From Bacillota bacterium (GTDB taxonomy: Bacteria > Bacillota > Clostridia > Oscillospirales > Ruminococcaceae): a stretch of DNA of 64,000 bases. The stretch lies in the NCBI GenBank assembly GCA_023396215.1, contig JAEWWW010000155.1, positions 2,530 to 66,529 of the forward strand. The letters are read 5' to 3'. The notes beneath the pieces are model-generated. The model was not told the origin of the DNA. It saw nothing but the letters and a program-made list of their open reading frames with translations, and did not search any database. The translations under genes and the position numbers were made by a program. Below are positions 33,229 to 43,250 of this stretch, piece after piece (within the stretch, counting starts at the first letter, position 1; every line of letters begins with the position of its first letter).

Positions 33229-33431
33229 AAACAGCAATAAAGGTATAATTCCGTCGCAAAATGCGGTGGAAATAGTTGGAATAACAACATCACCCGTGCT
33301 ACCATTTGTAAAAGAGATTTTTTGCACAGTTTTGCAACAAATCTCTGGTTAGCGGGGGTGATGTTTTGCTTGCCCCTGCCAAGACAGTGAAAGACCGCGG
33401 ACGACAAAAACTTTAGCGGGAGGTCGGTATC

Positions 33432-34265
33432 ATGGCTTGGATGTCTAAAAATTCCGAACGAATGGGCAAGCTGGCCTGTCTGCCGCTGGGGGAGATTGCC
33501 CCAAACCCCAACCAACCCCGGCGCAGCTTTGACCAGCAGGAGCTGGACAAGCTTGCCCGCAGCATTGCCGCCAACGGGCTGCTGCAGCCGGTCACGGTGC
33601 GCCGCACCGACCGTGACAGCTACCAGCTGATTGCGGGCGAGCGCCGCCTGATGGCCTGCAAGGCCCTGGGGATGGATAAGATTGCCGCCATTGTGGTAGA
33701 GATGCCTGACACCGACTCGGCGGTTATGGCGCTGGTGGAAAACCTGCACCGGGCCGACCTCAACTGCTTTGAGGAGGCCGAGGCCATTGCCGGGCTGATG
33801 GCCGACGGGCGGCTGACCCAGCAGCAGGTGGCAAGGATGCTCTGCCGCTCGCAGCCCGCCATTGCCAACAAGCTGCGGCTGCTGCGGCTTTCTCCACAGC
33901 TTCGCGCCTTGATTGTGGAAAGTTCCCTCACCGAGCGCCACGCCCGTGCCCTGCTGGCGGTGGAGGACCCCGACCTGCAGATGGAGATTGCCCAGCATGT
34001 GATAGAGGCCGGGCTGAACGTTTCGGCCACCGAAGCCTACATACAGCGCCGCCTGCGCACCCCGGCCCAAAAGCCCGCCCGTTTGGTGGTGGTCAAGGAT
34101 GTGCGGCTGCTGTTTAACTCCATCTCAAAAGCGGTGAGCGCCATCAAGGAGGGCGGCTTCGAGGTGGAAACGCTGCAAACCGAGGACGACCGCTATGTGA
34201 ACTATGTGGTGCGCATCCCCAAAGAGAGGGTCTACCTGCGCCGCGCCGACGACGCAACCGCGTAA
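33432..34265 (+). CDS. ParB/Noc-family nucleoid-associated protein (Noc position in the gidB-noc-soj-spo0J block)
   Basis: ParB box NPNQPRR, LQPVTVRR and LIAGERRLMACK, followed by an HTH. The C-terminal domain differs from that of the Spo0J copy downstream. Confidence 0.85.
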   Translation: MAWMSKNSERMGKLACLPLGEIAPNPNQPRRSFDQQELDKLARSIAANGLLQPVTVRRTDRDSYQLIAGERRLMACKALGMDKIAAIVVEMPDTDSAVMALVENLHRADLNCFEEAEAIAGLMADGRLTQQQVARMLCRSQPAIANKLRLLRLSPQLRALIVESSLTERHARALLAVEDPDLQMEIAQHVIEAGLNVSATEAYIQRRLRTPAQKPARLVVVKDVRLLFNSISKAVSAIKEGGFEVETLQTEDDRYVNYVVRIPKERVYLRRADDATA

Positions 34266-34323
34266 GGCAAGCCTGTTCCCCTGCGAGCAGCGGGGTGATA
34301 GAAATAGATACTTCCCAAGCTGA

Positions 34324-34363
34324 CAGCAGCAGCCCGGCCATCAAGGCCGGGCTGCTGCTGTTT
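34324..34363 (+). terminator. Rho-independent terminator after the noc-like gene
   Basis: CAGCAGCAGCCCGGCC-ATCAA-GGCCGGGCTGCTGCTG-TTT. Confidence 0.75.
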
Positions 34364-34605
34364 GCGGGATAGCCGGTGCGGTTTGGCCTATACCCGGCTT
34401 TTGTTGGCGCCCTGAGGCCGGGGGAGGGGGAGAGTGTCGACATCGACAGGGGAGAACGGCGTAGAAGCATGCGGGTGGAACCGCCAGTAAATTTTCTCCG
34501 GAGTTGGGTGACGCGGGGGAAGGGCTTTACGCCCGGCGGCGGGCAATGTTCTGTTTTGCCCGGGGGTGGCCTGCAAAAGCCCCTGCTTCTGTGGATCGGG
34601 GGCAA

Positions 34606-34621
34606 TGTTTCACATGAAACA
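34606..34621. promoter_or_regulatory. parS centromere-like site
   Basis: TGTTTCACATGAAACA is a 15/16 match to the Firmicutes parS consensus TGTTNCACGTGAAACA. It lies between noc and soj. Confidence 0.75.
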
Positions 34622-34745
34622 CCCCGCCCAAAGCCCTGTAAAAAAGGCGGCCCCCCTTTTTTACAGGGAATTTTAAGGTGGCCTGCATCTTTACCCCTGC
34701 CGGAGGGTTGTGCTATAATAGACCCAAAACGGCCACTTGACGGTT

Positions 34746-34911
34746 CAGGCTGGTGAAAAAGCCGCGCAAACGTAAAATGTCTACGCCATTTTACTTACAT
34801 CGTTGGCTGCACTTGTAAATGTCGGTCACATATATTGAATATGCTCCCTCATTTGCTGCGCTTGCCGCCTCGTCTTGCACAGTTTTTCGCCGCCTGAGGT
34901 TCTTTGATACG
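34746..34911 (-). repeat. Repeat family C, copy 1 (166 bp, inverted relative to copies 2 and 3)
   Basis: Its reverse complement aligns end to end with 40836-41001 and 51582-51747. Imperfect TIRs are CAGGCNGNCGAAAAA. Confidence 0.85.
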
Positions 34912-35101
34912 CCCAGTCGTTTTGCGATTCGGGCTGCCGAAAAAGCCGCGCAAACAGGGGCAGATTTCCCCCAGAGTGCTGCAAGGGCGGAAAAATAAGA
35001 GACAAGCCCTGCAAAATGGCCGTGGCTTGGGGGATTTATCCAGAACTGGAATGAAACAGGGGCGCAGAAGCCAAAATAATACAGTCGATTGGGAGGAAGA
35101 T

Positions 35102-35869
35102 ATGGGTAAGGTTATTGCGGTGGCCAACCAAAAGGGCGGTGTAGGCAAAACCACCACCGCCGTCAACCTTGCCGCTGCCCTGGGTGACCTGGGCAAGCGT
35201 GTGCTGATGGTGGATTTTGACCCGCAGGGCAACGCCACCAGCGGTTTGGGGGTCAACAAGCGGGATATCAAGGTTTCCACCTACGATATCATCATCAGCG
35301 GGGCGCAGCCCGCGCAGGCGGTGGTGAAGAATGTCTGCAAAAATGTGGATCTGCTGCCCTGCAATATCTCGCTTGCCGGGGCCGAGATTGAGCTGGTGGA
35401 TATGGAAAACCGCACCCAGCGGCTGAGAGGCCCGATGCTCAAGACCAAGGAAGAGTACGACTTTGTCATCATCGACTGCCCGCCCTCGCTGGGGCTTTTG
35501 ACCCTCAACGCACTCACCGCCAGCGACACGCTGCTGATACCCATCCAGTGCGAGTACTACGCCCTCGAGGGGCTTTCGCAGCTCATGACCACGGTGCGGC
35601 AGGTGAAACGGCTGTACAACAGCAGCCTCGACCTTGAAGGAGTACTGCTCACCATGTATGACGGGCGGCTTAACCTTACCCTTCAGGTGGTGGATGAGGT
35701 CAAGCGCCACTTCCCCCAAAAGGTGTACAGCACCTCGATTCCCCGCAACGTCAAGCTTTCCGAGGCCCCCAGCTTTGGGCAGCCGGTCATCTACTTTGAC
35801 CGTTCCTCCAAGGGTACGCAGGCCTATTGCGAGCTGGCCCGGGAGCTGCTGTACAATCAGCGTACTTAA
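35102..35869 (+). CDS. soj: Chromosome partitioning ATPase ParA/Soj
   Basis: MGKVIAVANQKGGVGKTTTAVNLAAAL (deviant Walker A). 255 aa. GGGAGGAAG RBS. The ORF-track 5' extension runs through repeat C1. Confidence 0.95.
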   Translation: MGKVIAVANQKGGVGKTTTAVNLAAALGDLGKRVLMVDFDPQGNATSGLGVNKRDIKVSTYDIIISGAQPAQAVVKNVCKNVDLLPCNISLAGAEIELVDMENRTQRLRGPMLKTKEEYDFVIIDCPPSLGLLTLNALTASDTLLIPIQCEYYALEGLSQLMTTVRQVKRLYNSSLDLEGVLLTMYDGRLNLTLQVVDEVKRHFPQKVYSTSIPRNVKLSEAPSFGQPVIYFDRSSKGTQAYCELARELLYNQRT

Positions 35870-35955
35870 GGCCGGCGACTCTCTCCCTCCAGCGGCTTAT
35901 GCTGCGTTAAAGGGCATTGGGGCACGGCAAAAATATAGGATGGAGGAAGGGCCTG

Positions 35956-36828
35956 ATGGCAAAAAGAGGTGGCTTGGGCAAGGGGCTGGACGCCCTTTTT
36001 ATCGACAACACCAGCGAAAGCGGACGCACCGTCTCCTCGGTGCGCATCTCAGAGATAGAGCCCAACAAGGAGCAGCCCCGGCGGGTCTTTGACGACGGCG
36101 CGCTGCAGGAGCTTTCGGATTCTATCCGGGAGCACGGGGTGTTGCAGCCGATTATCGTGCGCCCGCTGGAGGGCGGTGGCTATCAGATTGTGGCGGGCGA
36201 GCGCCGCTGGCGTGCCTCCCGCCTGGCGGGACTGAGTGAGATACCCGCCATTGTGCGGGAAGCCGACGACACCCTGACCATGGAGATGGCACTGATAGAG
36301 AACCTGCAGCGTGAGGATTTGAACATCCTTGAAGAAGCACAGGGCTACAAGGCGCTGATGGAGCTGCACGGCCTTACCCAGGAGCAGGTGGCCAAGCGGG
36401 TGGGGAAATCCCGCCCGGTGGTGACCAACGCCCTGCGGATACTCAACCTGCCTAAAAAGGTGCAGGCGATGGTGGCGCAGGGGGGCATCAGCCCCGGCCA
36501 CGCCCGGGTGCTGGCAGGCATGCAGGACCACGCCTCGGCCGAGGCACTCGCGGCGCGGATTGCGGGCGAAGGGCTTTCGGTGCGTGAAACCGAACGGCTT
36601 GCCAAGGGCGAAAAGATGGCCCGCGCCAGCGGCGGCTCCCGCAAGCAGGAGGAGAGCGCCTGGGGCGAAAACTACTATAAAGAGATGGAAATCGCCCTGC
36701 AAAACAGCCTGGGCCGCAGGGTAAAGATAACCCCAAAAAGCAACGGCGGCACCCTTGAGGTGGAGTTTTTCACCAAGGAAGATTTAAGCGATATGGCCGC
36801 AAAGCTTTCGGGCGAAGGCAAGGCGTAG
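35956..36828 (+). CDS. spo0J: Chromosome partitioning protein ParB/Spo0J
   Basis: GLGKGLDALF, PNKEQPRR, LQPIIVRP, IVAGERRWRASR, and an HTH. About 290 aa. Confidence 0.95.
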   Translation: MAKRGGLGKGLDALFIDNTSESGRTVSSVRISEIEPNKEQPRRVFDDGALQELSDSIREHGVLQPIIVRPLEGGGYQIVAGERRWRASRLAGLSEIPAIVREADDTLTMEMALIENLQREDLNILEEAQGYKALMELHGLTQEQVAKRVGKSRPVVTNALRILNLPKKVQAMVAQGGISPGHARVLAGMQDHASAEALAARIAGEGLSVRETERLAKGEKMARASGGSRKQEESAWGENYYKEMEIALQNSLGRRVKITPKSNGGTLEVEFFTKEDLSDMAAKLSGEGKA

Positions 36829-36926
36829 CAGATAAAACAGAGGATGGGGCGCACCCGCGGGGCGGCGGGCAGACCCTGTAAGCCAAAACAACCGCCCCAA
36901 AACCATAAAGGAAGGTCGAAAAGCAG

Positions 36927-38198
36927 ATGCTGGACATTAAAACAATCAGAGCAAACCCCCAGCGGGTAAAAGAAGCAATGCGTAACCGCGGCAAGGATAT
37001 GGATGCCGTCATCGACGAGATACTCTCGATAGACGAGCAGCGCCGTATTATCACCGCCGAAGCCGAGGCCAAAAAAGCCGAGCAGAACAAAGCCAGCAAA
37101 GAGATTCCCATGCTGAAAAAGCAGGGCCAAAGCATCGACGAGCTGATGGCCCGCATGAAGCTGCTAGCTGAAGAGATAAAGGAGTGCGACGCCAAAACCG
37201 CCGCCCTTGCCGACCGCCAGCAGGAGCTGATATACAATATTCCCAATGTTCCACATGAAACAGTGCCGATGGGCACCGACGAAAGCCAGAACAAAGAGGT
37301 GCGCCGCCACCTCACCCCCCGTAAGTTTGCCTTCGAGCCCAAGGCTCACTGGGATATCGGCGCGGATCTCGGCATCCTCGACCCCGAAACCGCCGCCAAG
37401 GTCACCGGCAAGCGGTTCCACTTCTACAAGGGGGCGGGGGCCCGGCTGGAGCGCGCGGTCATCAACTTCTATCTGGATACCCACACCCAGCACGGCTACA
37501 CCGAGGTGTTTCCGCCCTTTATGGCCAACACCGCCTCGATGACCGGCACCGGGCAGCTGCCCAAGTTTGCCGAGGATATGTTCAAGCTGGAGGGGCTGGA
37601 TTACTACCTGATACCCACCGCCGAGGTGCCTGTGACCAACATGCACCGAGACGAGATTTTAGAGGGCGCATCGCTGCCCATCAAATACTGCGCCTATTCG
37701 GCCTGCTTCAGGGCCGAGGCAGGCAGCGCCGGGCGCGACACCCGGGGCCTGATACGCCAGCACCAGTTCAACAAGGTGGAACTGGTAAAGTTTGCCCACC
37801 CCGACAGCTCCTACGACGAGCTGGAGGCCCTCACTGCCGACGCCGAAAGGGTGCTGCAGGCGCTGGAGCTGCCCTACCGTGTGGTGGCGCTGTGCAGCGG
37901 CGACCTTGGGTTTTCCAGCGCGAAAACCTACGACATCGAGGTCTGGATGCCCTCCTACGATGCCTACAAGGAGATTTCCAGCTGCTCCAACTTTGAGGAC
38001 TTTCAGGCGCGCCGGGCGGCCATCCGCTACAAAATGGAAAGAGGGGATAAAGCCCAACTGGTGCACACCCTCAACGGCTCGGGTGTGGCGGTAGGCCGCA
38101 CCGTGGCGGCCATCCTTGAAAACTACCAGAACGACGACGGCTCGGTGACAGTGCCCGAGGTGCTGCGCCCCTATATGGGCACCGACCGCATCGGCTGA
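36927..38198 (+). CDS. serS: Serine-tRNA ligase
   Basis: 423 aa. N-terminal coiled-coil arm and class II motifs ([37 protein letters not shown]). Confidence 0.96.
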   Translation: MLDIKTIRANPQRVKEAMRNRGKDMDAVIDEILSIDEQRRIITAEAEAKKAEQNKASKEIPMLKKQGQSIDELMARMKLLAEEIKECDAKTAALADRQQELIYNIPNVPHETVPMGTDESQNKEVRRHLTPRKFAFEPKAHWDIGADLGILDPETAAKVTGKRFHFYKGAGARLERAVINFYLDTHTQHGYTEVFPPFMANTASMTGTGQLPKFAEDMFKLEGLDYYLIPTAEVPVTNMHRDEILEGASLPIKYCAYSACFRAEAGSAGRDTRGLIRQHQFNKVELVKFAHPDSSYDELEALTADAERVLQALELPYRVVALCSGDLGFSSAKTYDIEVWMPSYDAYKEISSCSNFEDFQARRAAIRYKMERGDKAQLVHTLNGSGVAVGRTVAAILENYQNDDGSVTVPEVLRPYMGTDRIG

Positions 38199-38335
38199 CG
38201 ACAGAGAAAACAGGGCGGCGCGCCCCCGGATTTGCCGGGTGGCTGCGTCTGCAGCGCCGGCAGGGGAGCGTACCCCCCGGCGGCAAGCCCTTTTAGGCGG
38301 CGGCGTTACCCGCCCCGGCCAGAAAGGAATATGAC

Positions 38336-39070
38336 ATGAACCCCGGAGCATCCTATTCAAAAAAGATAAAGGTGCAGATTTTTGAGTGCGATTTAGCAGG
38401 GCGGCTGCGCCTTTCCTACCTGATGCGCCACATCCAGCAGCTTGGCGAGGACCAGTTGGAGGCGCTGGGCATCGGCTACCAAAAAACGCTGCAGGAGCAC
38501 AGCATGGTGTTCCTGCTGACCCGCATCGTCCTTGAGGTGGAGCGCATGCCCACGGTGTACGAGGAGCTGACCTTCACCACCCGCCCTCTGGAGCCGGTCA
38601 AGGCCCAGTTCTTTCGCGAAACGGCGGTGTCCGACGCCGAAGGCAACCGGCTGGTGACCGCGTGGTCGGCCTGGCTGCTCTTTGACCCCAGCGCCCGGCG
38701 GGTGCTGCGCCCCGGTAAGTTCCCTTACCCGCTGGATTGCGGCCCTGCCCCCGACCAGCAGCGGTTTGAGCTTGCGCTGCCCGAGGGCAGCCCGGCAGGG
38801 CGGCACACCGTCGGCTTCTCGCAGGTGGACATCAACCGGCACCTGACCAACTCGGCCTACAGCGACATCATCTATGACTGCCTGCCGTGGCAGATGGCCG
38901 AGGAGGGCAGGCTTGCCAGCGTCAGCATTCACTTTCAGAGCGAGGCCAAGCCGGGGGAAGAGATTGCCCTCTTTACCCATATTGAGGATGGAAATAGCTG
39001 TACCGTCTATGGCACGGTGGAGCAGAGCCCCTGCTTTGGCGCGCGGCTCACCTTTCACACCGCCGGGTGA
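38336..39070 (+). CDS. Acyl-ACP thioesterase (FatA/B-like double hot-dog)
   Basis: 244 aa. The two hot-dog halves and conserved spacing are typical of PF01643-type clostridial thioesterases. Confidence 0.8.
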   Translation: MNPGASYSKKIKVQIFECDLAGRLRLSYLMRHIQQLGEDQLEALGIGYQKTLQEHSMVFLLTRIVLEVERMPTVYEELTFTTRPLEPVKAQFFRETAVSDAEGNRLVTAWSAWLLFDPSARRVLRPGKFPYPLDCGPAPDQQRFELALPEGSPAGRHTVGFSQVDINRHLTNSAYSDIIYDCLPWQMAEEGRLASVSIHFQSEAKPGEEIALFTHIEDGNSCTVYGTVEQSPCFGARLTFHTAG

Positions 39071-39162
39071 CAGAGCGCCCAAACAAAGGGAGCTTATGAC
39101 CGAGGAAATAACCAGGGCCTGTTGACGCTACCGTTCAACGCCCACTTTGATGGAGGAAAGAT

Positions 39163-39711
39163 ATGGTAGACATTACCGCATTATTCAGCCTTAGCTATGG
39201 CATCTATCTGCTGGGGGCCCATGACCCCAACCAGCCGGGAAAAAAGGCCGGCTGTCTGGTGAACACGGTCTTTCAGCTAACCGCCGAGCCGGTTCGCATC
39301 GGGGTGAGCGTCGCCAAAGAGAACCAAACCCACGACTTTATTCTGGCGGGAGGCACCGTCTCGGTAACGGTGATGGATGAAGGGGCCGAAACCAAGCTTC
39401 TGGGCACCTTCGGCTACCGCTCGGGGCGCGATATAGACAAATACAACGAGGTCATCTACAGCGTGGACCAGCACGGCGACCCCCTCATTGAGCAGAACGC
39501 CATTGCCCACTTGAGCTGCGCCGTCAAGGATGTGGTGGATATGGACACCCACAGCCTCTTTGTCTGCGATGTGACCGACGCGGTCAAGCGCAGCGACAAC
39601 CCGCCCATGACCTACACCTACTTCCGCGATGTGAAAAAGGGCAAATCCAGCAAATTTGCCCCCACCTATGTAGACCTCTCCAAGCTAGCCAATAAAAACA
39701 CCGACGCATAA
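39163..39711 (+). CDS. Flavin reductase-like FMN-binding (split-barrel) protein
   Basis: 182 aa. The pattern LSYGIYLLGA...GCLVNTVFQLTAEP...FGYRSGRDIDKY matches the flavin reductase domain family. Confidence 0.75.
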   Translation: MVDITALFSLSYGIYLLGAHDPNQPGKKAGCLVNTVFQLTAEPVRIGVSVAKENQTHDFILAGGTVSVTVMDEGAETKLLGTFGYRSGRDIDKYNEVIYSVDQHGDPLIEQNAIAHLSCAVKDVVDMDTHSLFVCDVTDAVKRSDNPPMTYTYFRDVKKGKSSKFAPTYVDLSKLANKNTDA

Positions 39712-39824
39712 AAACCCGCCCCGCCAGCACGGCGCCGCCCGCTGGTGAGAACAGGTTTTATACTCCGAGGCCTTGCCCCGCCGGGTTCTGCCCGCCGGGG
39801 TCTTTTGCCGCAAGGGGGAGGAGC

Positions 39825-40793
39825 CTAGTTGGTAATCCACCGAACCGCCAGATAGGCCGCCGCAAAGCAGGCGGGGAAGGTCAGCAGCCAGGCTGCCACA
39901 ATGCCCCCGAAGGAGCGCAGGTTCAGCCTGCCCTTGCCCTGCGCGCCGCCTACCCCGGCCACCGCCGAAACCTTGACGTGGCTGGTGCTCACCGGCAGCC
40001 CCAGCAGAGTGGAAACCAGCAGCGAAACCGCCGCGCCCATATCCGAGCAGATGCCGCTGACAGCGTCCAGCTGCACCATCTGCTGGCCCACACGCTCGAT
40101 GATGCGCCGCCCGCCGATGCTGGTGCCCAGCGCGATGGCGGCCGAGCAGAGCAGCACCGCCCCAAAGGGGGAACCGCCCTTGGCCGCACCGGCAGCCAGC
40201 AGCATGGCGGCAAACTTCTGGCCGTCCTGCGCGCCGTGCAGCAGTGCCATGCCCCCTGCGGCGGCAATCTGCAAGCCGCGGCTCTGCCCCTTGCCAAGGC
40301 GGCCCGCCGCACCGGCCAGCAGCCGCCAAAACCAGCGGCCCCCCAGCCAGCCCAAAGCGATGGAAAGCACCAGCCCCACTCCCACCCGCAGCCAGGCTGC
40401 CGAACGGAGGTCAAAGCCCCCGATGGCGGCTGAAACCCCCGCCACCGCGGCAATCAGGGCGTGGCTTTCGCTGGTGGGGATACCCAGCACCCATGCGGCG
40501 GTGCCCCAGAGGGCCACCGTCAGCAGGGCGCAGCTTACCCCTATCATGGCAAGGTAGGGGTTATCGGTGCCAAAGTCGGCGATTTCGCCCATGGTTTGGG
40601 TCACGCCGGGCAGCAGCAGCCCCGCCGCCGCCGCCCCAATCAGGTTAAAGACCACCGCCAGCCCCACCGCGCTGCGGTAGCGCAGCGCCCCCGAGCAAAC
40701 CACCGAGGTGATGGCGTTGGGCGCGTCGGTCCAGCCGTTGACCACCGCCACGCAGATGACCGAGAATATAACGACTAGTTGTATAGTGACCAC
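39825..40793 (-). CDS. Inorganic phosphate transporter, PiT family
   Basis: 322 aa and polytopic. The PHO4 signature NGWTDAPNAI appears near the N-terminus and repeats as GTSIGGRRI and STSHV. GTG start. Confidence 0.88.
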   Translation of the reverse strand: MVTIQLVVIFSVICVAVVNGWTDAPNAITSVVCSGALRYRSAVGLAVVFNLIGAAAAGLLLPGVTQTMGEIADFGTDNPYLAMIGVSCALLTVALWGTAAWVLGIPTSESHALIAAVAGVSAAIGGFDLRSAAWLRVGVGLVLSIALGWLGGRWFWRLLAGAAGRLGKGQSRGLQIAAAGGMALLHGAQDGQKFAAMLLAAGAAKGGSPFGAVLLCSAAIALGTSIGGRRIIERVGQQMVQLDAVSGICSDMGAAVSLLVSTLLGLPVSTSHVKVSAVAGVGGAQGKGRLNLRSFGGIVAAWLLTFPACFAAAYLAVRWITN

Positions 40794-40835
40794 CCCAAAA
40801 CTATATGTATAATATCGGCAAAAAAGCTGCTGAGG

Positions 40836-41001
40836 GTGTCAAAAAACAGGCAGGCGGCGAAAAATTGTCGGGGACGAGGCGGCAAACGCAGCAAATGAGG
40901 GAGCATATTTGATATATGTGACTGAAATTTGCAAGTGCAGCCAACAAAGTAAGCAAAACGCCTGGGGCGTTTTACGCCCCGGCGACTTTTTCGACAGCCT
41001 G
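40836..41001 (+). repeat. Repeat family C, copy 2 (166 bp)
   Basis: GTGTCAAAAAACAGGCAGGCGGCGAAAAA ... CGACTTTTTCGACAGCCTG. It lies between the PiT gene and the methyltransferase gene. Confidence 0.85.
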
Positions 41002-41123
41002 AGCGGCAAAAAAGCCGCTTTTTACGCCATCCCCCAACCCCGGCGCCGCTTTTGGCCGCGCTTTGGCAGCCCGGTGCGCTGCCTCTACTTAAGATTTATG
41101 CAAGCAGAAAGGAGGGATATGCC

Positions 41124-41870
41124 ATGTCCGGCAGCGGGTACAGCTTTGAAGAGGTGGGCGGGGTGCAGGTCTGCGTCAGCCGCCGCCACAAATTTGGCAC
41201 CGACGCCTTTTTGCTGGCGCATTTCGCGGCCCCCCGCCGCAAAGAAACCGCCTGCGATTTGGGCACCGGCTGCGGCATCATCCCCCTGCTTTGGCAGCGG
41301 GGCGAAAGCCCGCCCCGCCATACCTGGGGGGTAGAGGTGGCCCCCGAGGCGGTGGAGCAGCTAACGCTTTCTTTGGAGCGCAACCAGTTGCAGCAAAAGA
41401 TTACCCCCCTCTGCGCCGACCTGCGCAGCCTGCAGGGGGGCCCCGCCCCCGGCAGTCTGGATCTCATTAGCTGCAACCCGCCCTATTTCGCGCAGGGGAC
41501 AGGCTACATCTGCCCCGGCGAGGCGCGGCGCACCGCCCGCCACGAGTTTGGCTGCTCGGTGGCCGACGTCTGCGCTGCCGCCGCCCGGCTGCTGAAATAC
41601 GGCGGCAGACTTTGCCTCTGCCAGCGGCCCGAGCGGCTCTGCGACGTGCTGGAGGCGATGCGGGCGGCGGGCATCGAGCCCAAGCGGTTGCGGTTTGTAC
41701 ACCAGCGGCCGGGCAGCCCGCCCTGGCTCTTTCTCTGCGAGGGCAGGCGGGGGGGCCGCCCCTCTCTGCAAGTGCTGCCGCCCCTGATTATCGAGAGCCC
41801 CGGGGGCGGCTTCTCAGAGGAGCTTCTCGCCATCTATGGCAAAACAGCGGAAAAGAGGGAAGAGCCATGA
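41124..41870 (+). CDS. SAM-dependent N6-adenine methyltransferase, tRNA1(Val) m6A37 TrmN6/YabB-like
   Basis: SAM motif DLGTGCGIIPL and the catalytic NPPY (CNPPYF). As with B. subtilis yabB, it precedes rsmI. The ATG at 41124 follows AAGGAGGG. Confidence 0.8.
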   Translation: MSGSGYSFEEVGGVQVCVSRRHKFGTDAFLLAHFAAPRRKETACDLGTGCGIIPLLWQRGESPPRHTWGVEVAPEAVEQLTLSLERNQLQQKITPLCADLRSLQGGPAPGSLDLISCNPPYFAQGTGYICPGEARRTARHEFGCSVADVCAAAARLLKYGGRLCLCQRPERLCDVLEAMRAAGIEPKRLRFVHQRPGSPPWLFLCEGRRGGRPSLQVLPPLIIESPGGGFSEELLAIYGKTAEKREEP

Positions 41871-42697
41871 CCGGTAAACTCTATCTGGTGGGCACCCCCA
41901 TCGGCAATCTGGGGGATTTTTCGCCCCGGGCGGCGCGGGTGCTGTCCGAGGTGGATTTCATCGCCGCCGAGGATACCCGGGTTTCGGTGCGGCTGCTCAA
42001 CCATCTGGGCATCAAAAAGCCGATGGTTAGCTACTACCAGCACAACCTGCGCCAGCGCGGGCAGGAGATTATGGCCCGGATAGCGGCGGGCGAGAGTTGC
42101 GCCATCATCACCGACGCGGGCATGCCCTGCATCTCGGACCCCGGCGAGGATTTGGTGGCCCTCTGCGCCGAAGAGGGGATAGAGGTGGTGGGGGTGCCCG
42201 GCCCCAACGCCGCCGTGACGGCGCTGGCCCTTTCGGGGCTGCCCACCGGGCGGTTCTGCTTCGAGGGTTTTTTGCCGGTGAACCGGCGCAGCCGCCGGCA
42301 GCAGCTGGAGGAGCTGGCGCAGGAGCGCCGCACCCTGATTTTCTACGAAGCCCCCCACAAGCTGACCACCACCCTTGCCGACCTGCTGGAGGCGCTGGGC
42401 GACCGGCGCATCAGCCTGGCCCGTGAGCTGACCAAGCTGCACGAGGAGGTGCGACGCACCACCGTTGCGCAGGCGCTGGAGCACTACAGCCAAACCCCGC
42501 CCCGGGGCGAATTTGTGCTGGTGGTGGAGGGCGCGCCCGCCCCCGCCGAAGAACCCGCCCTTTCGCTGGAAGAGGCGGCCGAGCAGGTGCGTGAGCTGCA
42601 GCGGCAGGGGCTTTCGGCCAGCGAGGCGGCCCGGCAGGTGGCCCGCGCCACCGGCTATGCCAAAAGCCAGCTTTACCGTCTGGCGGGGCAGGGCTAA
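41867..42697 (+). CDS. rsmI: 16S rRNA (cytidine1402-2'-O)-methyltransferase RsmI
   Basis: MTGKLYLVGTPIGNLGDFSPRA...IAAEDTR is a tetrapyrrole-methylase-fold signature. ATGA start/stop overlap with the upstream gene. Confidence 0.92.
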   Translation: MTGKLYLVGTPIGNLGDFSPRAARVLSEVDFIAAEDTRVSVRLLNHLGIKKPMVSYYQHNLRQRGQEIMARIAAGESCAIITDAGMPCISDPGEDLVALCAEEGIEVVGVPGPNAAVTALALSGLPTGRFCFEGFLPVNRRSRRQQLEELAQERRTLIFYEAPHKLTTTLADLLEALGDRRISLARELTKLHEEVRRTTVAQALEHYSQTPPRGEFVLVVEGAPAPAEEPALSLEEAAEQVRELQRQGLSASEAARQVARATGYAKSQLYRLAGQG

Positions 42698-42826
42698 AAG
42701 CACAGGCCTGCCCACTAAATCTGCCAAAATTGGCAATCCTACCCGGCAGCGGCGGCCAAACGCAAATTTTATTGTTGTTTTGCACTGTTTTTGCTGTTAG
42801 CGGCGGGGTTATTCCACCCTTTTTGC

Positions 42827-42856
42827 TTGACAATCGACAACAGGTTAAGCTATAAT
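42827..42856 (+). promoter_or_regulatory. Consensus sigma-A promoter of rpmH
   Basis: TTGACA (42827-42832), 18 bp, TATAAT (42851-42856). The AAAGGAGGG RBS follows. Confidence 0.7.
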
Positions 42857-42897
42857 ATTTCACTGCAAGGTTATAACCCGAAAGGAGGGTTTTATAG

Positions 42898-43032
42898 ATG
42901 CTTAGGACTTACCAGCCCAAGAAACTGCAGAGAAAAAAGGAGCATGGCTTCCGTAAGAGAATGAAGACTTCCAACGGTCGCAAGGTGCTTGCAAGAAGAA
43001 GAGCCAAGGGCAGAGCACGCCTGACCCACTAA
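42898..43032 (+). CDS. rpmH: 50S ribosomal protein L34
   Basis: My translation: [44 protein letters not shown] (44 aa). It is below the ORF-track length cutoff. Confidence 0.95.
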   Translation: MLRTYQPKKLQRKKEHGFRKRMKTSNGRKVLARRRAKGRARLTH

Positions 43033-43074
43033 TTGCCGGCCACAAATACTGTGGTCTTTCTTTTTATTGACATT

Positions 43075-43250
43075 AAGGCAATGCCGCACAATTCACGGCT
43101 ACCGCCTTAAGCACCCTGTCGCTCGCGGATTTTCCGTAATCCTTCACAAAAATCCCCGCGAATACATCCAGTATTCACTGCGGTTTTTGTTTTAGCTGAC
43201 GAAAAATCCGCCGGTGCGCCAAAGCACTTAGAATTGCGCAGCGTTGCCTT
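43075..43250 (+). repeat. Repeat family A, copy 3
   Basis: AAGGCAATGCCGCACAATTC ... GAATTGCGCAGCGTTGCCTT, inserted between rpmH and rnpA. Confidence 0.85.

Noticed and set aside
36575-36590. Additional parS sites: inside spo0J (TTTCGGTGCGTGAAAC), and half-sites at about 30482 (TGTTTCAC) and about 32682 (GTGAAACA).
   Set aside because: Only one half of the palindrome matches in each case (10/16 or fewer), so these look like chance half-sites within coding sequence.
40909-41334. Possible small protein ([17 protein letters not shown]...) encoded inside repeat family C, preceded by GAGGGAG.
   Set aside because: The reading frame is not preserved among copies. Copy 3 stops after 33 codons. Copy 1 loses the TTG start and stops after 14 codons. 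Substitutions show no synonymous bias. Nucleotide-level repeat conservation explains the similarity.
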